A stretch of DNA of 64,000 nucleotides, taken from NCBI RefSeq assembly GCF_016432865.1, contig NC_067400.1:514786001-514850000 (forward strand). The letters are read 5' to 3'. This stretch comes from Antechinus flavipes (lineage: Eukaryota). Each line of letters opens with the position of its first letter. The first letter of the stretch is position 1. This document shows positions 24,201 to 34,740 of this stretch, piece by piece. A model generated the notes under the pieces. That model was not told the DNA's origin. It worked only from the letters and a program-made list of their open reading frames with translations, and searched no databases. The position numbers and the translations under genes were made by a program.

Positions 24201-25265
24201 CTATATTTGTAGATCAAACTTTTTGTTAAGTTCTGGCTTTTTCATCAGAAATAGATGAAATTCGCTTACTTCGTTGAATGTCCATCTTCTTCCCTGGAAA
24301 AAGATGCTCATTCTTGCTGGGTAAGTTATTTTTGGTTGCATACCAAGTTCCTTAGCCTTTCGGAATATCATATTCCAGGCCCTTCGATCTTTTAATGTGG
24401 ATGCTGCCAGATCCTGGGTGATCCTTATTGTGGCTCCTTGATACTTGAATTGGGTTTTTCTAGCCGCTTGCAATATTTTTTCCTTCATCTGAGAGTTCTG
24501 GCATTTGGCCACTATATTCCTTGGTGTTTTGATTTTAGGATCCCTTTCAGTGGGTGATCGATGAATCCTTTCAATGTTTATTTTTTCCTCTGTTCCTATG
24601 ACTTCTGGGCAGTTCTCTTTGATAATTTCCTGGAAAATAGTCTCCAGGCTCTTTTTTTCATCATTCTTTTCTGGGAGTCCAATGATTCTCAGATTGTCTC
24701 TCCTGGATCTGTTTTCCAGGTCTGTTGTCTTCCCCAGAAGGTATTTCACATTTTTCTCCATTGTTTGATTTTTTTGGATTTGCTTGACTGATTCTTCTTG
24801 TCTCCTCGAGTCATTCAATTCCATTTGTTCGACCCTGATTTTCAGTGAAGTATTTTCTTCGCTCACTTTTTTAAGATCTTTTTCTAATTGTCCAATTGAG
24901 TTCTTTTGTTCTGTGGAATTTTTTTCCATTTCGCCAATTTTGTTTTTTAGAGAGCTATTTTCTGTTTCCAGTTCACCAATCCTATTTTTCAAGGATTTTA
25001 CTTCTTTATCCACTCTCTCTTTAACTGACTTCTCCAGGCTCTTTTGCCAAGCCTCACTCTGCTTTTCCCATTTTTCTTCTAGCTCCCTTGTGAGAGCTTT
25101 TTTAATTACTTCTATGAGGTTCATCTGTGCTGAGGAACAGATGATCTCCTCCTTTGGGGATTCATCTGGGGATTGTCTGTTTTTAGTCTCCTCAGGATTT
25201 AGAGTCTGCTCTCTATCTGTATAGAAGCTGTCAAGGGTTAAAGTCCTCTTCAGCTTCTTGCTCAT
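24201..25265 (-). CDS. L1 ORF1p (coiled coil, RRM, CTD), intact 354 aa
   Basis: Heptad region, LENRSRRDNLRIIGLPE, IERIHR, TPRNIV, YPAR; no stops or frameshifts. Confidence 0.95.
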   Translation of the reverse strand: MSKKLKRTLTLDSFYTDREQTLNPEETKNRQSPDESPKEEIICSSAQMNLIEVIKKALTRELEEKWEKQSEAWQKSLEKSVKERVDKEVKSLKNRIGELETENSSLKNKIGEMEKNSTEQKNSIGQLEKDLKKVSEENTSLKIRVEQMELNDSRRQEESVKQIQKNQTMEKNVKYLLGKTTDLENRSRRDNLRIIGLPEKNDEKKSLETIFQEIIKENCPEVIGTEEKINIERIHRSPTERDPKIKTPRNIVAKCQNSQMKEKILQAARKTQFKYQGATIRITQDLAASTLKDRRAWNMIFRKAKELGMQPKITYPARMSIFFQGRRWTFNEVSEFHLFLMKKPELNKKFDLQI

Positions 25266-25845
25266 TCTGTCTAATAATCAGAGACAGACTAGCAAAGAAA
25301 AACAGAAAAAACTGGAGTCTTTCTTTGGGGGGGGGCTGGGTGTGTTATCGAGCTTCCTCTCCAGACTGCGGGGGGCAGCAGTGAGGCACTAGCAGGACTG
25401 TGTACGCGTGCGCTCTGAGATCCCAGAGCGTGCTGAGTCACTGTGGGGGGGGAAGGGGGGACGGCCAGGTCCCGAGAGACTCCAGCTGTTTGGGGTTGTA
25501 TTCTTCAGCCCCGGTGTTTTTAGCTTCTCTGCTGGGCTGCTGACTTGCTGCCGGAGCAAAGCATCCAAACCTGTAGCGAAGCTCTCCCCGCAGAGACAGC
25601 TGCGATCACTCCCCACCTCCTCTCCAGTCTGCTCCCGTGCTCTCACTGCCGCTGCCCTCAGCCTGCGCCCGATCTAAAACCGTCCCAGCCCTCCAGTAAA
25701 GACAGACCTTTCTTGGCGAATCTCAAGGATGGCTTCTCTTGGTAACTATTTGTGGGTTTTTTTCAGTCAAGCATTAATTCAGAGACTTGTAATGAAGTGG
25801 ATAGTGAGAGAAAGCGTGGAGCTTATGCAGCTGTGAGCCTCCTCT

Positions 25846-25865
25846 CCGCCATCTTAACCGGAAGT
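25846..25865 (-). promoter_or_regulatory. L1 internal promoter start: YY1 site AAGATGGCGG and adjacent ETS motif
   Basis: + strand CCGCCATCTT 25846-25855 and CCGGAAGT 25858-25865 at the extreme 5' end of the L1. Confidence 0.7.
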
Positions 25866-25874
25866 CGCCAGTGA

Positions 25875-25935
25875 AGATTCTGAACCGAGGCCCTCTGGCT
25901 CCAAGTCCAATGTTCATGTCATTGTACTGCAGTGT
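25875..25935 (-). mobile_element. MIR-family SINE, 5' part (split by L1)
   Basis: gaacattggacttggagccagagggcctcggttcagaatc resembles the MIR head up to the B box. Confidence 0.7.
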
Positions 25936-26079
25936 CATTCTTTGCAAAGATGGCAAGTGACACACCCGGAGACTTAACTATGAGGCACTGAAAACCTAAA
26001 AAGCCATCCCCACCCAAACCCCGCCCCCCTGAAATACAGAAAACTGCCCAGACACAGACACACAACATTCATGTGTTAC

Positions 26080-26218
26080 CTATGGTAACTGTATAGATAG
26101 AGTTGGCGTATCCATCGTAGTTGCAGTTGTCATTGTGCTGGCCCCCATTGCCACTGGCTACCACAAAGATACTCCCGAAGCCTCGGCGACCAGCAATCAC
26201 TCCATGTTGCAAGGCAGC
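26080..26218 (-). CDS. PCSK7: PC7 coding exon 6 (oxyanion Asn, ASGNGG)
   Basis: [46 protein letters not shown]; 139 nt. Confidence 0.97.
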
Positions 26219-26618
26219 CTAAGAAGAAGAAATGCTGGAGCTTCAGAATGAGAGGCTCTAAATGTTTTCCCTGAAAGATTTCTTACTTCCCAAGCTCAAA
26301 ATTCAAAGAGGGCCTGGCAAACAAGTGTGACTAAAAAAAGTTAGGACTAAGAAGAGGAATTCTGTGGGTGTTCTTTGCTTATTTGCTGTTTTGTATGGGA
26401 AAAGCAATTAAGAATAAAAAAATCCCCCGACCATTTCCAACTCTCTTTGCTCTAAGCCCATTTCTCCTCAAAACCAGAACAAGGTTGTTTTTTCCCCTCA
26501 TGAAAGGAATTCCCAGAGCAGAAGGTAAAAGTCTGGCCCTGATTCATGGTAGTAATGTTCTAGAACAATGAGAATGAGAATGATATTACCAAAGATTTGG
26601 ACTTCAGCTCCTTGTTAC

Positions 26619-26673
26619 CTTTCCAAGTTGGTGGGGGCCATCAACTGTCTTTCCATCATCATCTGGTCCCCAG
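26619..26673 (-). CDS. PCSK7: PC7 coding exon 5
   Basis: [18 protein letters not shown]; 55 nt. Confidence 0.97.
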
Positions 26674-27173
26674 CTGTTGAGAGACAGCAGTGAAAAGTTC
26701 CTTGTAGAGCTAGCCCTTAGCCCTCTCAGACCCAGTTGGCCATCCATTCTTTCAATTTTTTTGTCCCCTTCAGAGACTTTAGAACATTCGAACTATCTGA
26801 AAGGACAGGGATATTGGAAGACTCCCAGGCTTTTCCTGGGTTATCAAGATCAATGCCTTCTATTTTACAAATGGGGAAAAATGGTATATAAATAGTTAGT
26901 AAGATTTAAAGTTACTCAGTGTTAAACCCTTCAAATTTGGAGAACTTTAACCTTCCCTTAAAACAAATTACTTTCTTAGGCCTAGTATAGCGAAAAACAA
27001 ATCTAGTCAGGCCTGATAAAGAAGAATAATGAAAGTAGGATATAGGAGAACATAGCTATCCCTCTTGCCTGGGTAAATCCTAGCCTTTGGCCAGAAGGTA
27101 GAATTTTTGGGCATGGAAGCCCTGTGTATTGAGCAGGGGAGCTCTTTGTTCTTTTTTCAAAAGGAAATATATG

Positions 27174-27325
27174 AGGGGCAGCTAGTTGGTGTAGTGTATA
27201 GAGCATCAGCTTTGAAGTCAAGAGACTCTGAGTTCAAATCTGATCTCAGACACTTAACACTTCTTGGCTATGTGACCCTGAGCAAGTTACTTAACCCCAA
27301 TTGCCTCTCAGCAAAAAGAAAAAAA
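27174..27325 (+). mobile_element. WSINE1-like SINE with perfect 15-bp TSD
   Basis: AAAAGGAAATATATG at 27159-27173 and 27326-27340; ggggcagctag head; poly(A) tail. Confidence 0.88.
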
Positions 27326-27452
27326 AAAAGGAAATATATGTCGTTGATAATACTATCCTAATCCAATCTGGGTGACAAGTTCAACTGATCCCATAGGGAT
27401 AGTCTAACTCTAGTTCCTTTTTGACAATCCCTGCTAATCTAAGGCAGAGAAA

Positions 27453-27500
27453 GTGAGTGTGAGTGAGAGTGTGAGTGAGTGTGTGTGTGTGTGTGTGTGT
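27453..27500. repeat. (GTGA)n/(GT)n compound microsatellite
   Basis: Directly visible. Confidence 0.9.
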
Positions 27501-28025
27501 AAAAGGCAAGGATGTGGTATCAGGACTGCTTTTGTCCTGTGATTGGAGGGGAAAACGTTCTCTTTTCTGAGAATTCCTTAGATTAGTAGACTGGTTTATT
27601 AGAGTAGTCCATTAATCTAAGGATTGAGCTTGGATGGGGATTCATGTGATGATGGCTCAGGAGAATAGGAAAATGAATTGGTATGTTGTGGGAACAGCAC
27701 TAGATTTAAACTGTGAAGGTCTGGGTTCTGGTTCCAGTTCTGCTGCTTACTAACTGTACCCACTTTGGGTCTGAGTCCCACTTCTGCCACTTTGTACTTG
27801 TGTGACCCTGGTTAACTCCCTTGAACCCACTGGGACTCAGTTTTTTCATGATCTTTATGGTTTCTTTGAGCTGCACAGTCTGAGTCCACCATGTACTTGT
27901 ATTCCACAATGGATGAAATGTCATGAGACTCTTCTGGGAACTTGCCAGGCATAGCCCTGATGCACAAGTTTCTGCTCCAAGTCTTTCAATTCTTCCCACT
28001 GGAATGGAATGGATGATTCTCTTAC

Positions 28026-28116
28026 CTGCAGCTGTAGATGTCATTGATCTGATAGTGCTTGTTGAAGGCCACTGCCTCCAGGCTGTCAGTTAAAGGTCCA
28101 TCCAGCACTCGGATAC
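28026..28116 (-). CDS. PCSK7: PC7 coding exon 4
   Basis: [29 protein letters not shown]; 91 nt. Confidence 0.97.
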
Positions 28117-29042
28117 CTAAGCATTGAGAAAACAGGAGGGGAAAAGAAAGAGATATCCCAATCTCACCTTAATGCAAGGCTCGGAGATTGAAATCTGTGG
28201 GGAAGAACCTTTGGTTAGAAGATGCAGACCAATATTCTCTTCCTAGCTTTACTAATTTACCATATGGCCTTGAGGAGATACTTTAATTTCCCCTTCTTAA
28301 ATGGAGTAGCAACATACTACTTTTTTCTTGGAAGGAGTGAGGGTTATATGAACCTAGGGAAAAAATAGTTTGCTCTCTCCCCTTCTGAACTAGAAATTGC
28401 CTCAGTTGCAAAAGGATACTGCCCTCTGCTGGAAAACAGGAGAAAAACAAAAGTACTAAGGAATTAAGCATTTATTATACTGAAGAATTAACCTTGGTCA
28501 AATAGACAAGGGTTGAGATGTAACTGGGGAGCTATGGAAGGCCTTTATGTGCAAGACAGAATCGCCCAGGTTACCCTGGAAAGAGAGAGCGTGTCATGGT
28601 ATACTAGACAGCCTGATATCAGGAAGAATGAGTTCAAATCCTTATTAACACTTATTAACTGTCTGACCAGGAAAACAATGTATGACCTTTAGTTCCTTCA
28701 TCTGCAAAATGAGGATAATAATACCCACAAGTACCTACTTCACAGCATTATGAGGCTTAATTGAGATTTTAAATATATATAGCACTTTGCCAATTTTAGA
28801 GCACTCTTCAAAATGCTAGGTATTATTATTATTTTTATTGGTTTGCACACAAAACTTATCCTTTTACTACCAGAGCAGGAACTAGAAGAGGAAAATGGTA
28901 CAAGAGGAGCCTTATCCAATCAGAGGAAATAGAACACTTTGAAGCTTTGTCTTACTCAGGAACTGTTAGAGGAAGAAAGATTCCTTGATTATTCATTTGT
29001 TAACCAACTAAGAAAAATGTCTGGAGTGCAGACGTATATTCC

Positions 29043-29066
29043 GTGTGTGTGTGTGTGTGTGTGTGT
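29043..29066. repeat. (GT)12 microsatellite
   Basis: Directly visible. Confidence 0.95.
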
Positions 29067-29452
29067 TCCCTCCTGCTGTGTTAAGATCCCTCCCTCCTTA
29101 CTCCCTCCTAAGGCCAGCATGACCACAATTTGGTTCCACAGGGTTCCCCTCATGCCCATACTTCTCTCTTCCATTTCTCCAGCTATCCCAGCCACTCTGC
29201 CAATCTCCATCCTCTCCAATCCTGAAAACATATCTCCTATTTACATTGATCCTATCAAACTATTTTCTGCCTTTCTCCCAATTTTGCCTAAAGTTACATT
29301 TGATGGAACCAATGAATGGTATTGGGTGGGCTAAAATTGAATTTGACTTCAATTTAGATTGTTCTAAAGTTGTAGGGGGATCAAAGCAGGGGAAGATAAA
29401 ACTAAAGTTATACAGTAAATCTGGAGGTTAGAGAGAAAAGTGATGATGCTAC

Positions 29453-29618
29453 CTGCAATTCTGCTCCCATACGCCACCCCCACTGCACAGAAGCTGTTGT
29501 TGGGCACTGCAGCGATCTCGCCAGCACAGCGAGTGCCATGATGATTGCCGTTCTCCACATCTGGGTGTGGCATGGGGTCAGGGTCATTAGAGTTGAGGTC
29601 ATAGCTGCCTTCAGGGCT
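29453..29618 (-). CDS. PCSK7: PC7 coding exon 3 (catalytic His, HGTRCAGE)
   Basis: [37 protein letters not shown]...GSRIA; 166 nt. Confidence 0.98.
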
Positions 29619-30377
29619 CTGAAACAGGATAAGTGGGGAAGGAAAGGGCAGTAGGTTACTCTCTGGTCTGGGGCAAAGGGTGGAGGAATGGATTACTTTA
29701 ATGAACCAATGGTTTCAGGCAAAAGGGTAGCTCACTAAAGCTTTGAGGCTGGGCATATTTCACTCAGCTTAGAGAGAAGAGAAAGAAAGGCACCATCTAC
29801 TTTTGGCTTTACAAGCTCATCCTGCACTTCTGGGCACATTTTCTCCATTGAAGTGTACAAAGTTTGAACTGGACAGTCTTTCATTGTTACTGTTGGCCAG
29901 AGAGAGCTCTATAATAAGGTTAGAACATAGGAACAAGGTTGACACAACTAAGTCTGGACTCTTGAGAGGTATCCTAGGCTTCTCTCTCCTAGATGCTTTC
30001 CTACCTTCCTGATATAGAAGAATGAAAAAGATCTATGGATCCTTTGGTTACTGGTGGAACTACTTACAAGATAGGTTTTCATAGGAGGACACTCTCCCTA
30101 CCACGCAGCCCTGGGGACAGGGAAACTGCTTATGCTGATGTTCCCTACTTGCTGCAGCAGGGAGGACCAGGGACCAGAATGTGTTGAGTTGGCTTTCCCT
30201 TGATAATGGTTGGAATCGACCCTAGAGCAAGTTGGGGAAAGGGAAAGAAGCAAAGAGCATTATTCCAGGTCCCAAGAGTCTTTAAGGAGCAAGGGGATGA
30301 AAGAATTTTTCTGGGAGAAGTGAGGTGGAAATGATATAGTATAAAATATGGTGACTATGAAACCCCAGGATACTCAC

Positions 30378-30512
30378 ATAGTTAGGTGCAATGTCCTGGA
30401 TGGTGTGCTCCACTCCATCATCCACCACCACCACTGTCACCCCTCGTCCTGTCACATTACGCTCCCAAACACCTGTCACGTTGATGTCTCTGCCACGGAT
30501 TCGCCGGTTATT
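30378..30512 (-). CDS. PCSK7: PC7 coding exon 2 (catalytic Asp, VVDDG)
   Basis: [45 protein letters not shown]; 135 nt. Confidence 0.98.
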
Positions 30513-31553
30513 CTGGGGGAAGAGGCTATGTCAGAAGCTGTTTCTAAGGCACAAGGATTCAGTGATAAGACGGCAATGTTCGACAGCTCATTGTGGATGC
30601 AGATGAATCAAAAAGAGGAAGGGAAAGATTCTCCCCAGTCTGCCACCCCATGTCAACTCAAAAATCAGAGAAAGGATATGGATCAATAGCTCCCAAGAAA
30701 GTCTAAAAAGAGGGTACAACAAGTGAGGATTTTGCTAATGAACCAGTTTCCCAAAAAGTTGTGTTACCCTATTGAGCTGGATAAAAGGAGTAAGCAGAGG
30801 AAAAGCCATGCCAAAAGATCTTAATTCTTTCTATCCCACAAGAACAGGTTTGGTTTCAAGCCACTGAAATATTCCTTTGAGATAAACAGCAGCAACTGAA
30901 TAGTGATGGTTTTATCAGCTATCTTAAAGGTACAGAAGTCTAACTTTAAATGCACATTATGCAAATTTTGAAAGAAATCCCCCTTCCAGAAAACACAAAC
31001 CAAAAAAAAAACCCTTTAACTTTATTTATAATACAATGCTCTCTCTGTCTTTCCTCTCTAGCCCTTCAGTTCAGCACTCTATGGCTGGCTACATCCCTCC
31101 CCCGGCTCCCTCCTCCTCTCCCCCCACCAAAAAACCCCTCCAAATAAAAGCAGAAGAATGGAATCACAGAGAGCTCACCTTACTACTACAACCACCACTA
31201 CCACCATCTTATTGGGCTCAGGGCTTGGGACCTCTGCAAGCCCTACTCAACCATCGGTCCCACATGTCTGTCGTCTGCCTGTCCTCTCTCACATACTTCA
31301 TGCCTGTTCCCTGCCCCCCATATGATTGGCCTTGGCCCCTTTGTTCCTCCTTCTGTTCTTTCTTCTTTGTCCCTAGCTACCACAAGTGCTAGAACCATGT
31401 GTTGGGCCCTCCCTCTATAGCTGTAGGCAAATTATGTAAAAACTACTTTATCTGGAGATCCGCACAAAAGTCCACTCCTGTAGAGCCAGAACTCTCAAGA
31501 AATACCTAGAAGGTATCTATCTAAAGTGCACAGTAGGAAAAGGTTAAACTCAC

Positions 31554-32039
31554 CAGATGCCATTGCTGGGGGTACTTGGGGTCATTGAAGAGCACGCTGC
31601 GTTTGGCGCGCTTCAATAACCGCTGCTCTGAATGCCAGCGCACAGCTTCGTGCCCAGACAACACTGCCTCAGCCTGCCTTCGGGCAGCCTCCTCTTGCTG
31701 GACTCCAGGGTGGCCAGGGGGCTGGATGAAGAGATAGTGCCCCTGAAGTTCCCCAATGCGTCCCGCATTCAGCAGGCCTGCAGCCTGGGCCAGAGCGTCT
31801 GCCTGTTGCTCCTCACTCTCTTGCTTGCCCTCACCTTCCAGCCTGTCCAGGAGCACAGCCCAGCTCAGCCCCCTAGGACTCTGGACCTCAGGTGTGATTG
31901 TCTCTGTTAGTTCTAGAGCCATGACCAAGGGAACCAACAAGAAGAAGCCAGTTCCTATCAGCCAGAGGCAGGCAGGCAGGCTCAGGGAGGGCTCCAGGAC
32001 AGCACTCCATGGTTGCACTTTGTGCCTCCCCTTCGGCAT
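31554..32039 (-). CDS. PCSK7: PC7 coding exon 1 (signal peptide, prodomain, RAKR cleavage site); exon starts at 32051
   Basis: MPKGRHKV...[25 protein letters not shown]; acceptor 12 nt before the ATG; total CDS 2391 nt = 796 aa. Confidence 0.96.
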
Positions 32040-32543
32040 CAGAGCGGTGGGCTGCAGACAAAACAAAAGCATCAGAGAGAGGGGAGAGCTGGGCCTAGAA
32101 CAGTTGAGAAGAGAGAGGTGGTGGTGGACTAGTAACATCTTCTCACATAGATAAGATTTCTGGTCCTTTAATGTCACAAACACCTATACCACAGGATCTG
32201 TATAGGAGTAGGGGGGAGGGGTGTCAGGTCAGATCCAACAAGAGTTGGGTTATTTCTCCTTAGCAGATGGGGAAAATCCCCCTGAGATCACTACTCTAGT
32301 TTCTATACCCCTGGTAGGCATGTTGCTATTTTTTCCCCACTCCATTTCCCCAATCTGAAGTGCAAACAAAGTACAGGTTGTTCTCATCAGCCAAGAGACA
32401 AATATCCATCCTAGCTCTTTCCTTCTTTTGGATGTTGGGGATGGGGGAGGAAGATAAGGAGGGAAGCATGCTTCAATTCAATTCTCTCAGCTAAACCCAC
32501 TGGAAGTCATTCTCATGATTCCTGCTTTTCTATCCATTCCCAC

Positions 32544-32665
32544 CTGGTCTCCTTGTGGGGCTGTACTCCCAGGCAAGTCGGCCACATCAGGCTCATCTTG
32601 TGCCTAAACAGAAGCAGCATCACTTTTTCTGTGGGCAATGGAGATTCAGGACTATGGTTGCATAT
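32544..32665 (-). other. PCSK7: Putative PCSK7 non-coding exon 2
   Basis: Pyrimidine-rich acceptor ..ctgcctacAG and donor CAG|GTGGGA bound 122 nt; a non-coding exon of similar size is recalled for human; unverified. Confidence 0.4.
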
Positions 32666-33439
32666 CTGTAGGCAGCAACAGGAGAGATGTATCCTCCCTG
32701 AATCCTGGGGGCGGGGATAAGCAGAGGTAAGAGTCATTCTCAAGGCTGCTGGCTGGTGATCAAATCTCATTTTCAGGGAGCTAAAATGAGACCCAGACTG
32801 GGGAGCAACTGGTGCCATAAGGCCAGGCCACAATCACAACTCAAAATCCTGCTCATTATTCTGGTCACCAGGGCATTCTACTCTCCTAGGAGCCAATGGA
32901 AAGGATCTGGGAAATGTTTGATGTGGTACCTTTAACCTTTTCCCGATGTGACAAAAAGCCAGTGGTACCAATGCTTCATTACACAGGTGGTGAAAGAAGC
33001 TGAGATTTAGAAGGGGGATTTAGAACTGTTTTCTCAACCCCTACCAGAAGAGATGCCCACTACAGCATTTCTGACAAAGATGCCACTCATTCTCCCCTTG
33101 AAGATTTCATAAGAAAGAGAAGTCAGCACTATCCCAGGCAGTTCAGTGTTTAGACAGCTTTAACCCTTAGGAAATTTTTTCCATATCTTGACTGAAATCT
33201 GTTATTTCTGCAGTTTCCACTTTTGCTGTTAGAACTGAAATTGATAGGGGGTTGGTAGTAAGCACAACAAGCCTAATTTTTCTTCCATATGACAGACAGT
33301 AATTTGTAATATTCAAGGAGAGCTATCATGCTCCTTAATTCTCTTCAGTATAACGAAGCCACTTTCTTCAACTGATCCTATCTATTCAGCCCCTTTTAGT
33401 CATCCTCTTCTGAACACACTCTAGTTTGTCAATGTTCTT

Positions 33440-34287
33440 TGTTATGGGACAGAATTCTTGAACTTGAAACAAAGGATTCTTACAAGGTACTAAGTCAGTG
33501 GAATTGATAGAGACAATAATTATGTAATTTAGCATGGTTCAGTATGACTGATTTACTCCTATTAGGAGATGTTATGGGCCAGAACTTGAAACAAGGTACT
33601 AAGTGGAATTGAGGAGACAGTGGTTAAATCTAGTTTAACATTGATTTTAATCCTATAACAAATAATGGTTTCCTAATGATATGATTGGTTTGTAGTCAGT
33701 TACAGCATATAAGCTAGAAGCCTCAGCCAGGGAGATTCAGACAGAAGGCAAAGGACTGGCTTAAGCTCTCAGAAACAAGGAGAGAAATTCAATTAGATCT
33801 TCAACCTTCCTGGGCTGGCCTGGATTCCTGCACTTCCCCCATTAAGACCAAGACCAGACTGAAAGGCTCTCCAGAAAGCTGCTCAGCCCCAGGATGGAGA
33901 TAATAAAGGATATAGATTAGGGGTCCTCAAACTATGGCCCGCAGGCCAAATGCTGCAGGTTTATCCCCCTCACCCAGGGCTATGAAGTTTCTTTATTTAA
34001 AGACCCACAAAACAAAGCTTTTTGTTTTTACTATAGTCTGGCTCTCCAACAGTCTGAGGGACAGTGAACTGACCCACTATTTTAAAAGTTTGAGGACCCC
34101 TGACAGACTATAAGAAAGCTAACCGGGCCCCAGGAAGGGAGACAAGACTTTGAAAGAGATAATAAAGGATTTGGATTTTAACATCTGGCTGTACTCATGG
34201 TGACTGCTGAACTGAAATGAAGGCTGCTTCCAGAGACCCCCACAAAAACCTCAACAGAAAACATTACATTTTAGAAAGAACATTACA
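33440..34287 (+). mobile_element. Solo ERV LTR with 6-bp TSD
   Basis: TG...CA termini; GTTCTT at 33434-33439 and 34288-34293; TATA-like CATATAAG near 33707; AATAAA at 33902 and 34161. Confidence 0.85.
33918..34102. mobile_element. hAT-Charlie MITE, OC1 (OposCharlie1)-like, 185 bp
   Basis: 16-bp TIRs (T)AGGGGTCCTCAAACT / AGTTTGAGGACCCCTG; left flank ATATAGAT fits the Charlie target preference; right TSD degraded; family name from recall. Confidence 0.78.
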
Positions 34288-34740
34288 GTTCTTCCTAAAA
34301 GGTAGTTCCAAGAACTAAACACCATAGGCCAGATGTTGTCTGACTAGAGTAGAATATAGGGGACTGTTACACTACAGTCACTACTCTACGTTTCTTAATG
34401 CAAACTAGAAAGACACTGTTTTTTTGGCTATCATATAACATTAAAGTGACAAAGAAATTAAGTAAATATATAACACTTTCTTCATACTGAACTCCAGGTC
34501 CATTAAAACTTCTCAATCCTTCTCACATGAACAACTGTTTATAGGGACATCTCTCTTATCCTCTATTTGTATTATCAATTTTTTGAACTCAAGCATACTA
34601 CTCTATATTTACTGAATTAAATTTCCTCTTAATATAAACTCATTGTTGTAGTTTATCTAGTTCTTTTTTGGATAACTCTGCCATCCATTGTTAACTATTC
34701 TTCAAAACAATAACAAATCTGAGAAGTGTGACATGCACAC

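Larger units (their letters stand above)
23186..25869 (-). mobile_element. Young LINE-1, 3'-truncated: 5' UTR + ORF1 + spacer + partial ORF2 endonuclease
   Basis: Uninterrupted ORF1 and ORF2 start; 5' end GGCGACTTCCGGTTAAGATGGCGG; ends inside EN with no poly(A) or TSD. Confidence 0.95.
33050..34720. mobile_element. Ancient CR1/L3-like LINE relic interrupted by the solo LTR
   Basis: Flanks rejoin as tctagtttgtcaatgttctt|cctaaaaggtagttccaagaactaaacacc..agatgttgtctgac, CR1/L3-like text; outer limits approximate. Confidence 0.5.

Noticed and set aside
24263-24272. Donor GAA|GTAAGC in L1 ORF1 as a route to an in-frame ORF1-PC7 fusion
   Set aside because: Phase 0 donor versus phase 1 acceptor at 22637; the join reads GTG CCG TAG and stops at once
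23519-25224. + strand ORFs of 141 and 146 aa inside the L1
   Set aside because: Antisense frames of A-rich L1 sequence, GTG/TTG-initiated in the track; no motif support for an ORF0-like product
32040-32183. 48-aa N-terminal extension of PC7 shown in the ORF track
   Set aside because: Mostly intronic polypyrimidine tract upstream of the acceptor at 32052; the true start is ATG 32039
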